This document shows, in pieces, positions 1 through 7,652 of a stretch of 32,000 bases of DNA. A program made the translations under genes and the position numbers. The stretch lies in NCBI RefSeq assembly GCF_042660085.1, contig NZ_JBHSTI010000008.1:1050001-1082000 (forward strand), read 5' to 3'. The DNA comes from Longivirga aurantiaca (GTDB taxonomy: Bacteria > Actinomycetota > Actinomycetes > S36-B12 > CAIYMF01). The notes beneath the pieces were generated by a model. That model had not been told where the DNA came from and searched no databases. It saw only the letters and a program-made list of their open reading frames with translations. The number at the start of each line of letters is the position of its first letter. The first letter of the stretch is position 1.

Positions 1-42
1 CTGGGAGACGACGGATCCACAGATGGTGCGCCGTGCCGACGG

Positions 43-510
43 TCAGGTGGCGGTGACCTGCGGCGCGTCGACGTGGCCGGCGACAACCTTGGCGTCGTTC
101 GTCACCGCGATGTCGATGCGGCGCGGCTTGGCCTTCTCCGCCACGGGGATCGACACGGTGAGCACGCCATTCTCATAGGTCGCCGAGATGCCGTCGGTGT
201 CGACGCCCTCGCCGAGGGAGAGCTGGCGCATGTAGCTGCCGGTGAAGCGCTCGCTCGCGAGCCACTCGACCGACTCCTCGGTGCGGCCGCTGCGCTCGGC
301 GCGGATGGTGAGCGTGCCGTTGTCCACGTGGACGTCGACGGAGCCCGGGTCGACGCCCGGGAGGTCGGCGTGCAGCACGTAGTGGTCGCCGGACTTGTAG
401 AGGTCCATCGGCATGAAGCGCGGTGCGCGCGGGGAGCCTGCCGGGACTCCGAGCATCTGCTCGGTCAGCCGGTCCAGGTCACGGAACGGGTCGAAACGAA
501 GCACGGCCAT
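43..510 (-). CDS. Small heat-shock protein, Hsp20/alpha-crystallin family
   Basis: ORF 43..540(-). The translation shows an alpha-crystallin domain pattern (DLYKSGDHYVLHADLPGVDPGSVDVHVDNGTLTIRAER ... ATYENGVLTVSIPV). I trimmed the start to the ATG at 510 (MAVLRFDPF) because AAGGAGG (revcomp of 516-522) lies 5 nt upstream. Third-codon-position G+C (GC3) is very high. Confidence 0.9.
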   Translation of the reverse strand: MAVLRFDPFRDLDRLTEQMLGVPAGSPRAPRFMPMDLYKSGDHYVLHADLPGVDPGSVDVHVDNGTLTIRAERSGRTEESVEWLASERFTGSYMRQLSLGEGVDTDGISATYENGVLTVSIPVAEKAKPRRIDIAVTNDAKVVAGHVDAPQVTAT

Positions 511-579
511 GGTGACCTCCTTGGGCGCTGTTCGTGCCACCCCACCACCGCGGTGAGGCGGCTCCGTGCACGGCTCAGA

Positions 580-606
580 TTAGCAGTCGGCACCGGAGAG
601 TGCCAA
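580..606. promoter_or_regulatory. CIRCE-like inverted repeat (candidate HrcA operator) upstream of hsp20
   Basis: TTAGCAGTC-GGCACCGGA-GAGTGCCAA compared with the CIRCE consensus TTAGCACTC-N9-GAGTGCTAA. There is one mismatch per arm and the 9-nt spacer is exact. It lies 70-96 nt upstream of the hsp20 ATG. Confidence 0.6.
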
Positions 607-816
607 GTGGTACGACGCCCGCGATCCGATGCGGCACACCAGGTATGGGTCACCGTCTGCCCGATCAGGGGGCCGAGTCGACGCGTTCCGTGCGGCCGTC
701 CGCGTGGTGCCGCATGAGGGGGCCGGCGTCGTCGTTCGGCGCCGTCGTACAGATCTGCTGCCACGAGGATCGATCCCCGGTCGGGCGACCTCGCCGACCT
801 CCTCGTGCTCGGGCGT

Positions 817-912
817 GAACCAGAACCGAGCATGGCCGGACACCACGAGGCGGGAGGCCTCGTGGTGTCCGGTCCGGGGTGGAGAACTAGAGGCGGCGCA
901 GCACCGCGACGA
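817..912. repeat. Copy A of a dispersed direct repeat, ending in a 26-nt perfect copy of the lexA 3' terminus
   Basis: 887-912 (CTAGAGGCGGCGCAGCACCGCGACGA) is identical to 2115-2140. Upstream there is looser similarity: GAACCAGA, the GGGA-loop hairpin, and TCCGG..CGGGG..GGAG. Confidence 0.7.
836..871. other. Perfect 16-bp-stem hairpin (loop GGGA), function unknown (terminator or REP-like)
   Basis: CCGGACACCACGAGGC-GGGA-GCCTCGTGGTGTCCGG. A related hairpin, ACGAAGC-GGGAG-GCTTCGT, occurs near 2023-2041 downstream of lexA. Confidence 0.5.
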
Positions 913-1086
913 GCGTGCCGACGCACGGCGACCGGTGAGCGGCTCACGAGGCGGTGGTCGGATCGGCGGCGCGTCCGACCCCTGCGCCCCGCCGGCCGGG
1001 GACGGGTCCGCGGTCGTGCGCAGGGGGCGGCGCCGCATCGCGTAGAGGGGGAGATGCGGCGCCGCGTCGGGGACGTCCGAGGACGT

Positions 1087-1854
1087 CTACATGCTGGCCA
1101 GGATGGCCCGCTCGGCCACGTCGGGGCCGCCGGACATCCAGTAGGCGATGCCGGCCCGCTCGGCCACGTCGGGACCGCCGGACAGCACCGGGACGAGCCC
1201 TGCGCGCTCGGCCACGTCGGGGCCACCGGACTTCCAGTAGCCCGGCACCGAGGTCTTCGCGAGGATCGCGCGCTCGGCCACGTCGGGGCCGCCGGACAGC
1301 ACCGGGACGAGCCCTGCGCGCTCGGCCACGTCGGGGCCGCCGGACATCCAGTAGCCCGGCACCGAGGTCTTCGCGAGGATCGCGCGCTCGGCCACGTCGG
1401 GACCGCCGGACATGCCGTCATCGAGGGCGGCCGCCAGGGCCATGCGCTCGAGACCGGCGCGCTCCGCGACGTCGACACCGCCGGGGAGCAGGTACTCGAT
1501 GCCCGCGCGCTCGGCCACGTCGGGTCCGCCCGACATGTCCGTGACGACGGGGATGAGCGTGACAGGCGCCGGCGCCGGAGGCGCGGGCGGCTGGGTCTGG
1601 GTCGTCGACATCAGCTGGATCACGATCGCCGCGACCACCATGCCGACGAGGACGACGATGATGAGCCCGACCAGGATCGGGGAGGGACGCGCCGCCGGGG
1701 CGGGCGTCGGAGTCGTGCCGACGGGCGGAATCGTCGGGGACACCTCCACCTTGGGGGTGTCCGTGAGCGCGTGCAGCGACGAGATGTCGTCCGGGACGAC
1801 GGGCTGCTCGTGCAGGGTGTCGAACTCATGCGGGTTCTGCGTGGGAGTACTCAT
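1087..1854 (-). CDS. Single-pass membrane protein with 8 tandem SGGPDVAERAG/I repeats (family not recognised)
   Basis: ORF 1087..1854(-). The ATG has GGGAGG 5 nt upstream. Layout: Pro-rich N-terminus, one hydrophobic helix (ILVGLIIVVLVGMVVAAIVIQL), a Pro-rich linker, then 8 copies of an 11-aa core, some followed by LAKTSVPGYW or LVPVL. Confidence 0.75.
   Translation of the reverse strand: MSTPTQNPHEFDTLHEQPVVPDDISSLHALTDTPKVEVSPTIPPVGTTPTPAPAARPSPILVGLIIVVLVGMVVAAIVIQLMSTTQTQPPAPPAPAPVTLIPVVTDMSGGPDVAERAGIEYLLPGGVDVAERAGLERMALAAALDDGMSGGPDVAERAILAKTSVPGYWMSGGPDVAERAGLVPVLSGGPDVAERAILAKTSVPGYWKSGGPDVAERAGLVPVLSGGPDVAERAGIAYWMSGGPDVAERAILASM
1103..1536. repeat. Intragenic tandem DNA repeats (24-nt core x8; 114-bp higher-order unit x2 plus a partial unit)
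   Basis: The core GCGCGCTCGGCCACGTCGGGGCCGCCGGAC recurs at about 1109, 1155, 1203, 1269, 1317, 1383, 1459 (diverged) and 1505. 1207-1299 versus 1321-1413 differ at about 3 positions. 1159-1206 versus 1273-1320 differ at 1 position. Confidence 0.85.
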
Positions 1855-1992
1855 GACGACCTCCCAGGTCGCGACGCCGATTCCCTGGCGTCCAGCTCAA
1901 GGATAGATCGCGGCCGAGGTCGTAGCGCGCCGGGCGAGCCCGGGCGCCGGGTGCTGCTGGGGCCCGCCCGACCCGCACGCGCCGAGGGCCGA

Positions 1993-2140
1993 GAACCAGA
2001 TCGGTTCACGGCCCTCGGGGTACGAAGCGGGAGGCTTCGTGATCTGTGGACGCCCTGGATGGCGGATGTCGTCGGCGGGACAGGCGTCCGCCATCCGGAG
2101 CGGGGAGGTGGGAGCTAGAGGCGGCGCAGCACCGCGACGA
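1993..2140. repeat. Copy B of the dispersed direct repeat (lexA 3' end plus downstream hairpins)
   Basis: Contains GAACCAGA, the GGGAG-loop hairpin, a second hairpin (GGATGGCGGATG...CGTCCGCCATCC), and the 26-nt segment 2115-2140, which is the authentic lexA 3' end (VVAVLRRL-stop). Confidence 0.7.
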
Positions 2141-2831
2141 CCTTGCCGACGATGCGGGCGTGGTCGCCGTCGATGGGGGAGAAGTCCTTGTTGGCCGGCA
2201 GCAGCTTCACGTGCCCGTTCTTCTTCTGGAACGTCTTCACGGTGGCCTCGTCGTCGAGCATCGCGGCGACGATGTCGCCGTTGACGGCGTCGGGCTGCGA
2301 GCGCACGACCACCCAGTCGCCGTCGCAGATCGCGGCCTCGATCATCGACTCGCCGACGACCTTGAGCAGGAACAGCTCGCCGTCGCCCACGAGCGACTTC
2401 GGCAGCGGGAAGACCTCCTCGATCGCCTGCTCGGCGAGGATCGGCCCACCGGCGGCGATGCGGCCGATGACGGGCACGTACGACGCCTCCGGCATCGAGT
2501 CGCCGATGCCGGTGACGTCGTGGCTCTCGCTCGGGTCGACGACCTCCATCGCGCGGGGGAGCCGCGGGTCGCGCCGGATGTAGCCCTTCTTCTCCAGCGC
2601 CGCGAGCTGATGCGCCACGGACGACGGCGACGTGAGCCCGACCGCCTCGCCGATCTCGCGCATCGACGGCGGGTAGCCGCGCGTCTCGATGGCGGTACGG
2701 ATCATGTCGAGCACGATCCGCTGGCGGACGGTGAGCCCGTCGGCGTCGGGAAGGCCCTCGGGCACGGGGATCTCGACGACCTTGGGCCGTCCGGCCTTGC
2801 GCCGGGGTGCCGGAGTGTCGCTGACTGCCAT
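2115..2831 (-). CDS. lexA: LexA SOS repressor (S24 peptidase)
   Basis: ORF 2115..3119(-), trimmed to the ATG at 2831 (MAVSDTP). Motifs: winged HTH ([36 protein letters not shown]), Ala-Gly cleavage region ([10 protein letters not shown]), catalytic Ser (VVGESM) and Lys (ATVKTF). The extension upstream of 2831 has no coding character. Confidence 0.95.
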   Translation of the reverse strand: MAVSDTPAPRRKAGRPKVVEIPVPEGLPDADGLTVRQRIVLDMIRTAIETRGYPPSMREIGEAVGLTSPSSVAHQLAALEKKGYIRRDPRLPRAMEVVDPSESHDVTGIGDSMPEASYVPVIGRIAAGGPILAEQAIEEVFPLPKSLVGDGELFLLKVVGESMIEAAICDGDWVVVRSQPDAVNGDIVAAMLDDEATVKTFQKKNGHVKLLPANKDFSPIDGDHARIVGKVVAVLRRL

Positions 2832-2994
2832 GGGATTCCCCTTCAGTAGCGGTGGAGCGTGTGGGCCGTGGCCTGGCCCGGCGCCCACCAGCGCCGTCCT
2901 GACCGGACTGTCGGACCCCCTCAGCAGACTGCGGAAGCACGGGGAAACGAGCTTCCGAAGCCCCATCGGGCGTCCGGGAGACACGCTAGCCCGT

Positions 2995-3010
2995 TCGAAC
3001 ACGCGTATCA
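2995..3010. promoter_or_regulatory. Weak SOS-box-like half match
   Basis: TCGAAC-ACGC-GTATCA compared with the actinobacterial/Gram-positive TCGAAC-N4-GTTCGA. The left arm is perfect and the right arm is poor. Confidence 0.3.
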
Positions 3011-3071
3011 AACATCTGTACGGAAATGCTCGACACGGCGTGTCTCGGATGCTAGAAATCATACAGACGTT

Positions 3072-3087
3072 CCGAACACCCGTTCGA
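3072..3087. promoter_or_regulatory. SOS (Cheo) box, candidate LexA operator in the lexA/LysM divergent region
   Basis: CGAAC-ACCC-GTTCGA is a full match to GAAC-N4-GTTC with extended arms. It lies 45 nt upstream of the LysM gene ATG and about 240 nt upstream of the lexA ATG. Confidence 0.7.
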
Positions 3088-3131
3088 CCGCTCGACCACC
3101 GCTCAGCTCGGTTTCGCACCAGGAGGCAGAC

Positions 3132-3497
3132 ATGGCCACGATCTCGATCTCGGCTCCGGCGCTCTACAGCCGCCCGGCATCCCGTACGTCGTCCCCTGTC
3201 CGCCTCACCGACCGCGGCCGCCGCCTGGCGCGCACTGCGGTCGTGCTCCTGGCACTGCTCACGGTGCTCGCGTTCGGCCTCGCCGGCCGGATGCCCGCCA
3301 GCGCAGGGGATTCCGCGCCTGTCGCGGCCACGACCACGGTCGTCGTGCAGCCCGGCCAGACGCTGTGGGGGATCGCGCAGACCGTCGCGCCGAACGACGA
3401 CGTCCGCGCCACGATCGAGCGCCTGGTGTCCCTGAACAACCTCGAGGGCACCACGGTCGTCCCCGGCCAGAAGCTCGTCGTCCCCGCGGCCGGCTGA
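3132..3497 (+). CDS. LysM-domain membrane protein (ChiZ/Rv2719c-like architecture)
   Basis: In-frame part of ORF 2859..3497. The ATG at 3132 has AGGAGG at 3121-3126. Layout: Arg-rich N-terminus, a TM helix ([18 protein letters not shown]), and a C-terminal LysM ([16 protein letters not shown]...[21 protein letters not shown]). It is divergent from lexA, as in mycobacteria. Confidence 0.85.
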   Translation: MATISISAPALYSRPASRTSSPVRLTDRGRRLARTAVVLLALLTVLAFGLAGRMPASAGDSAPVAATTTVVVQPGQTLWGIAQTVAPNDDVRATIERLVSLNNLEGTTVVPGQKLVVPAAG

Positions 3498-3502
3498 TCC
3501 CC

Positions 3503-3670
3503 GTGCGCATCGCCACGGACGACCTCGGCGTGGTCGCGTTCGTGCTGCCGCAGCACGCGAACCGCGAGTTCGACCTGCACGAGTGGCCCGATGGCTCGTT
3601 CAGCCTCGAGCTGGTCGACGATTCGGCCGACCAGGCCGCGGAGGCGACGTACGACCTGCGCTCCGCCTGA
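3503..3670 (+). CDS. Small hypothetical protein (55 aa)
   Basis: GTG at 3503 within ORF 3365..3670, 5 nt after the LysM stop codon. GC3 is almost uniformly G/C across the 55 codons ([40 protein letters not shown]...). No family recognised, and the start codon is uncertain. Confidence 0.5.
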   Translation: MRIATDDLGVVAFVLPQHANREFDLHEWPDGSFSLELVDDSADQAAEATYDLRSA

Positions 3671-3677
3671 CCCCGAT

Positions 3678-3717
3678 GCCCCGAGACCAGGCGGGCGCAA
3701 GCGCCGGCGTTCGGGGC
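3678..3717 (+). terminator. GC-rich compound hairpin after the small CDS
   Basis: GCCCCGA ... GGCGC-AA-GCGCC ... TCGGGGC. There is no clear U-tract, which is common in high-GC genomes. Confidence 0.35.
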
Positions 3718-3848
3718 TCTCGCGGGTCGCCGGCCGACGGCTTCCGTGCCTGCCGGCCAGGACGAGCACCAGCCTCTGCGGCTACCGTGGTCGTGAGTGC
3801 GTTCCTCCGGGTCCCGCGCTGGGCGGGCTGGACGCATGGGGGTGCTCC

Positions 3849-5006
3849 ATGGTCATCGAACCGTCCATCGCCCCTGCTCCGCAGATCCGTGTCGAGCAGG
3901 CACCTCGCGCCGAGCGGCCCACGGCGCCCAACGGGCCGCAGGCGGCATCGGGCACGGGTGGCCGCCGCCTGCGCATCGGCATCATCGCCCCTCCGTGGGT
4001 GCCCGTGCCGCCTGTCGGCTACGGAGGCACCGAGCTCGTGGTCGACACCCTCGCGCGCGGCCTCACCGACGACGGCCACCACGTCACCCTCGTGGCCACC
4101 GCCGACTCGCAGTGCCCCGTCCACCGGCTGTGGGTGTTCGAGACCGCCCCCACACCGATGAACACCACGGCCGAGGAGCTGCGCCACGTGCAGGGTGCCT
4201 ACGACGCGCTCGCCGGCGAGGTCGACGTCATCCATGACCACACGGCTGTCGGCCCGCTGTGGGCACGGGCGGCCGGGGTCGGGACCCCCGTCGTCTCGAC
4301 CGCGCACGGCCCCATCACCGACCTCAACCGGGGCCTCTACGCGCTCACCGGGAAGAGCGCCCGGCTGACAGCCATCTCGCGCCGCCAGCAGGAGCTCGCG
4401 TGCGGCCTGCCCTTCCGCGACGTCATCCACCACGGCCTCGACCCCGCCCGCTTCGACCCGGGCCCCGGCGACGGCGGCTACCTCATGTTCGTCGGCCGGA
4501 TGTCGGCGACGAAGGGCGTGCGCGACGCGGTGCTGATCGCGAAGGGCGCCGGGCTGCCGATCGTCGTGGCGTGCAAGATGCGCGAGGAGGTCGAGCTCGC
4601 GTACTTCGACGAGCACGTGCGTCCCCTCGTCGACCGCGACGTCATCCTGCTCGGGGAGCTCGCACCGACCGAGCGCGACGCGCTGCTGAGGAGGGCGGTC
4701 GCGCTGGTCAACCCGATCGCATGGGAGGAGCCGTTCGGCCTCGTCATGACCGAGGCGCTCGCCCTCGGCACGCCGGCCATCGTCACCCCGCGCGGCGCGG
4801 CGCCCGAGATCATCACCGACGGCGTCACCGGCTTCGTCGTCGACGACGTCGAGCAGGGGATCGCGGCGGTGGCACGCATCGGGGAGATCGACCGGGGGAA
4901 GTGCCGGGCAGCGGTCGAGGGCTACTTCTCGATGCGCCGCATGGTGTCGGAGTACGAAGCCCTGTACGCCGACGTCATCGCGAAGCACGCGGTGGCGGTG
5001 CCGTGA
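3849..5006 (+). CDS. Glycosyltransferase, family 4 (GT-B, group 1)
   Basis: In-frame part of ORF 3591..5006, with ATG at 3849. N-terminal motif: GIIAPPWVPVPPVGYGGTELVVDTLARGL. C-terminal E-x7-E region: EEPFGLVMTEALALGTPAIVTPRGAAPEII. The exact start is uncertain. Confidence 0.85.
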   Translation: MVIEPSIAPAPQIRVEQAPRAERPTAPNGPQAASGTGGRRLRIGIIAPPWVPVPPVGYGGTELVVDTLARGLTDDGHHVTLVATADSQCPVHRLWVFETAPTPMNTTAEELRHVQGAYDALAGEVDVIHDHTAVGPLWARAAGVGTPVVSTAHGPITDLNRGLYALTGKSARLTAISRRQQELACGLPFRDVIHHGLDPARFDPGPGDGGYLMFVGRMSATKGVRDAVLIAKGAGLPIVVACKMREEVELAYFDEHVRPLVDRDVILLGELAPTERDALLRRAVALVNPIAWEEPFGLVMTEALALGTPAIVTPRGAAPEIITDGVTGFVVDDVEQGIAAVARIGEIDRGKCRAAVEGYFSMRRMVSEYEALYADVIAKHAVAVP

Positions 5007-7177
5007 GCGCGGGCTGGTTCGAGCCGCTCAGCACGCCGGCGGCCGCGACCGACCAGTCGTCGAACGTGACGCTGGTCGAGGGCTCGAGCTTCAGCCTGAG
5101 CACCGGCGTCGGCAACATCGTGCCCGGTGGCACGTTCGGCCTCTACGTCCGCGACCTGCGGGTGCTGTCGCAGTGGATCCTCGAGGTCGACGGCGAACGG
5201 CTGGAGCCCTTGTCGCACATCCAGTCCGACCTGTTCCAGGCCTCGTTCGTCACGATGGTGAAGCCCTCGACCGGTGCCACCGAGAGCACGCTCGTCCTGG
5301 TGCGCGAGCGCGAGGTCGGCGACGGGATGCGCGAGAGGATCACCCTGCGCAGCTTCAACCCCGAGGCCACCGCGGTCGCGCTCGAGCTGCACGTCGGCGT
5401 CGACTTCGCGGGCCTCTTCGAGGTCAAGCTGGGTCGGGCGCTCACCCGTCACCACCACCTCCAGGCCTCCTGCGACGCCACGTCGCTGCAGTTCCGCGCC
5501 GACCGCTCCGAGCAGGCGACCACCGTGAACGTCGTCGTCGACGACGACCCCGGCCCAGCCGCGGCGACGAGGAGGCTGTCGCCCGGACGGATCCTCTGGA
5601 ACGTCGTCATCCCGGCGCGCGGCGAGTGGAGCACCACGCTGTCGGTCGAGCCGGTGATCCGCGGCGTCCGGCTGGCGCCGGCGGTGCACGACGAGTCGAG
5701 CACCGAGTCGCTGGCGGCGTCGCGCGCTCGGATGTGGCGCGAGTCGTCGCCCGACCTCGAGACGCCCGACGACGACCTCGAGCGCACGCTGCGCACGAGC
5801 GTCGCCGACCTCGGCTCGCTGCGGATCTTCGACGTCGACCACCCCACCCGCGCGATCCCGGCCGCAGGCGCCCCGTGGTTCATGGCGCTGTTCGGCCGCG
5901 ACAGCCTGCTCACCTCGTGGATGGCGCTGCCGCTCGACCCGTCGCTCGCGCTGGGCACCGTCCAGGCGCTCGCCGAGGCGCAGGGGGAGGCGGTGAACCC
6001 GCTGACCGACGAGCAGCCCGGCCGGATCCTGCACGAGCGCCGCTACGGCACGTCGGTCACCGACGTCCACGGCGACGGCGAGCACCTCTACTACGGCACC
6101 GCCGACGCCACCCCGCTGTTCGTGATGCTCGTGGGCGAGATGCTCCGCTGGGGCATCCCGGAGCGGAAGCTGGCCGACGTGCTCCCGGCTGTCGACCGCG
6201 CGCTCGACTGGGTCGCGACGTACGGCGACGCCGACGGTGACGGCTTCGTCGAGTACCGCCGCGGCACCGACCACGGGCTGCGCAACCAGGGCTGGAAGGA
6301 CTCCTTCGACGGCATCAACTTCGCCGGCGGGCGCCTGGCCGAGCCGCCGATCGCGCTCTGCGAGGTGCAGGCCTACGTCTACGGCGCCTACCTCGCGCGT
6401 GCCCACATCGCCCGCGAGCAGGGCGACGACGCCACCCGGGAGCGCTACTCCGACCTGGCCGGCGCCCTCAAGCGCCGGTTCAACGACACCTACTGGCTGC
6501 CCGAGCGGGGCTGGTACGCCGTGGCCCTCGACGGTGACAAGGCGCCCGTCGACTCCCTCGCCTCCAACATGGGCCACTGCCTCTGGACCGGCATCGTCGA
6601 CGAGGACAAGGCGGCATCGGTGGTCGGGCACCTGATGAGCCCGGAGATGTTCACCGGCTGGGGCGTGCGCACCCTCGCGACCACGATGGGCGCCTACAAC
6701 CCGCTCGGCTACCACAACGGCAGCGTGTGGCCGCACGACAACGCGATCATCGCCGCCGGCATGGCCCGCTACGGCTTCGTCGAGGAGGCGCAGGCGGTCG
6801 CCATCGGCATCCTCGACGCCGCAGCGAGCTTCGGGGGCCGGCTGCCCGAGCTCTTCTGCGGCTTCGACCGCACCGAGTACGCCGCCCCGGTGCCGTTCCC
6901 GACGTCCTGCTCCCCGCAGGCCTGGGCCGCGGCCTCGCCGCTGATGCTCATGCGGTCGCTGTTCCGGCTCGAGCCGTCGGTGTCCAAGGGGCAGGTGCGG
7001 GTCGCTCCGATCCTGCCCGCGCGCTACCTGCCCATGTCGCTGCGCAACATCATCATCGGCGGCTCCCGCGTGACCCTCTCGACCGACGGCTCGACCGTGG
7101 CGCTCGACGGCCTCCCGGAGGGCGTGAGGGCCACCGAGGTGCCGAGGGCCCCCCTCTCCTCGCTGCACGAGCACTGA
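5003..7177 (+). CDS. Amylo-alpha-1,6-glucosidase / glycogen-debranching-like (alpha/alpha)6-barrel glycoside hydrolase
   Basis: In-frame part of ORF 4259..7177. The GTG at 5003 overlaps the GT4 stop codon (GTGA). Motifs typical of the GDE_C-like family: WFMALFGRDSLLTSW, GRILHE, YYGTADATPLF, NQGWKDS, CEVQAYVY, GHCLWTGI, GWGVRTLA, YHNGSVWPHDN. Confidence 0.85.
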   Translation: MSAGWFEPLSTPAAATDQSSNVTLVEGSSFSLSTGVGNIVPGGTFGLYVRDLRVLSQWILEVDGERLEPLSHIQSDLFQASFVTMVKPSTGATESTLVLVREREVGDGMRERITLRSFNPEATAVALELHVGVDFAGLFEVKLGRALTRHHHLQASCDATSLQFRADRSEQATTVNVVVDDDPGPAAATRRLSPGRILWNVVIPARGEWSTTLSVEPVIRGVRLAPAVHDESSTESLAASRARMWRESSPDLETPDDDLERTLRTSVADLGSLRIFDVDHPTRAIPAAGAPWFMALFGRDSLLTSWMALPLDPSLALGTVQALAEAQGEAVNPLTDEQPGRILHERRYGTSVTDVHGDGEHLYYGTADATPLFVMLVGEMLRWGIPERKLADVLPAVDRALDWVATYGDADGDGFVEYRRGTDHGLRNQGWKDSFDGINFAGGRLAEPPIALCEVQAYVYGAYLARAHIAREQGDDATRERYSDLAGALKRRFNDTYWLPERGWYAVALDGDKAPVDSLASNMGHCLWTGIVDEDKAASVVGHLMSPEMFTGWGVRTLATTMGAYNPLGYHNGSVWPHDNAIIAAGMARYGFVEEAQAVAIGILDAAASFGGRLPELFCGFDRTEYAAPVPFPTSCSPQAWAAASPLMLMRSLFRLEPSVSKGQVRVAPILPARYLPMSLRNIIIGGSRVTLSTDGSTVALDGLPEGVRATEVPRAPLSSLHEH

Positions 7178-7426
7178 CCCGTGCCCGGGGGTGCGCGACC
7201 ACCGGATCTAGGGGCACGGCGTACGGCGCGGCACCAGATGGTGGGGTCGCGACACGCCGACGACACGCCGACCCCGGCCCCGATTTCGACCGGGCCAACG
7301 GCACGCGAACGGGTCGAAAACCCAGCAATCTCAGGCGTGTCGCGCACCCGCCCACGACGACCAAGATCACGCCCGGAAACCGGCCGCGGCGAGCCTTGCG
7401 GACTGTCGGAGGTGGGGTCTACGGTT

Positions 7427-7442
7427 CCCCTACATCTAGTAG
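7427..7442. promoter_or_regulatory. Candidate NrdR box 1
   Basis: cccCTACATCTAGTAG compared with the consensus acaCwAtATaTwGtgt (about 10/16). It shares a 13-mer CYACAKSTAGTRG with box 2, exactly 32 bp away, which is the typical spacing of tandem NrdR boxes. Confidence 0.5.
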
Positions 7443-7458
7443 TTACACCGCTGTAAGT

Positions 7459-7474
7459 CATCCACAGGTAGTGG
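7459..7474. promoter_or_regulatory. Candidate NrdR box 2
   Basis: catCCACAGGTAGTGG has palindromic arms CCAC/GTGG. Its centre is 32 bp from box 1. It lies about 180 nt upstream of the nrdR ATG. Confidence 0.45.
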
Positions 7475-7652
7475 TTGCCGGGTCAACAGGTTGCGAACAC
7501 CTTGCCCCCAGCTTCTCCACAGATCCGTGCACAGGCAGCCAGCAAACCGGGTCAAACCGGACACGAAGAACCCCCGAACATCCGCACCACGGCACCGCTG
7601 CGCACAGCCCGAGAAGACCGGGCCCACGACGAGAGGGAAGGAGGCGGCCACG

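Noticed and set aside
665-830. Coding-like GC3 on the minus strand that switches frame near 765-775: ...FWFTPEHEEVGEVARPGID, then ...WQQICTTAPNDDAGPLMRHHADGRTERVDSAP-stop at 665. This could be a frameshifted small gene.
   Set aside because: There is no usable start codon for the downstream frame and no recognisable family. The upstream frame runs through the 836-871 hairpin. The evidence is too thin to annotate.
1103-1536. Regularly spaced 24-nt repeats that could superficially resemble a CRISPR array.
   Set aside because: The 'spacers' are themselves repeated (114-bp higher-order units). The whole region is one open reading frame with a clean amino-acid repeat, and there are no cas genes in the window.
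1897-2094. 65-codon ORF downstream of lexA (MADACPADDIRHPGRPQITKPP...AAIYP).
   Set aside because: GC3 is only at about the background level. The ORF spans the terminator-like hairpins and the repeat element, and no family is recognised.
2832-3119. N-terminal extensions of the tracked ORFs: lexA to 3119, nrdR from 7491, nrdJ from 8155, GT4 from 3591, hydrolase from 4259, TniB-like to 26848, HTH to 29167, and the small genes to 29871 and from 29294.
   Set aside because: The extensions lack coding character. The conserved protein N-termini begin at internal starts preceded by Shine-Dalgarno sequences or by stop/start overlaps, and several extensions would overlap neighbouring genes.
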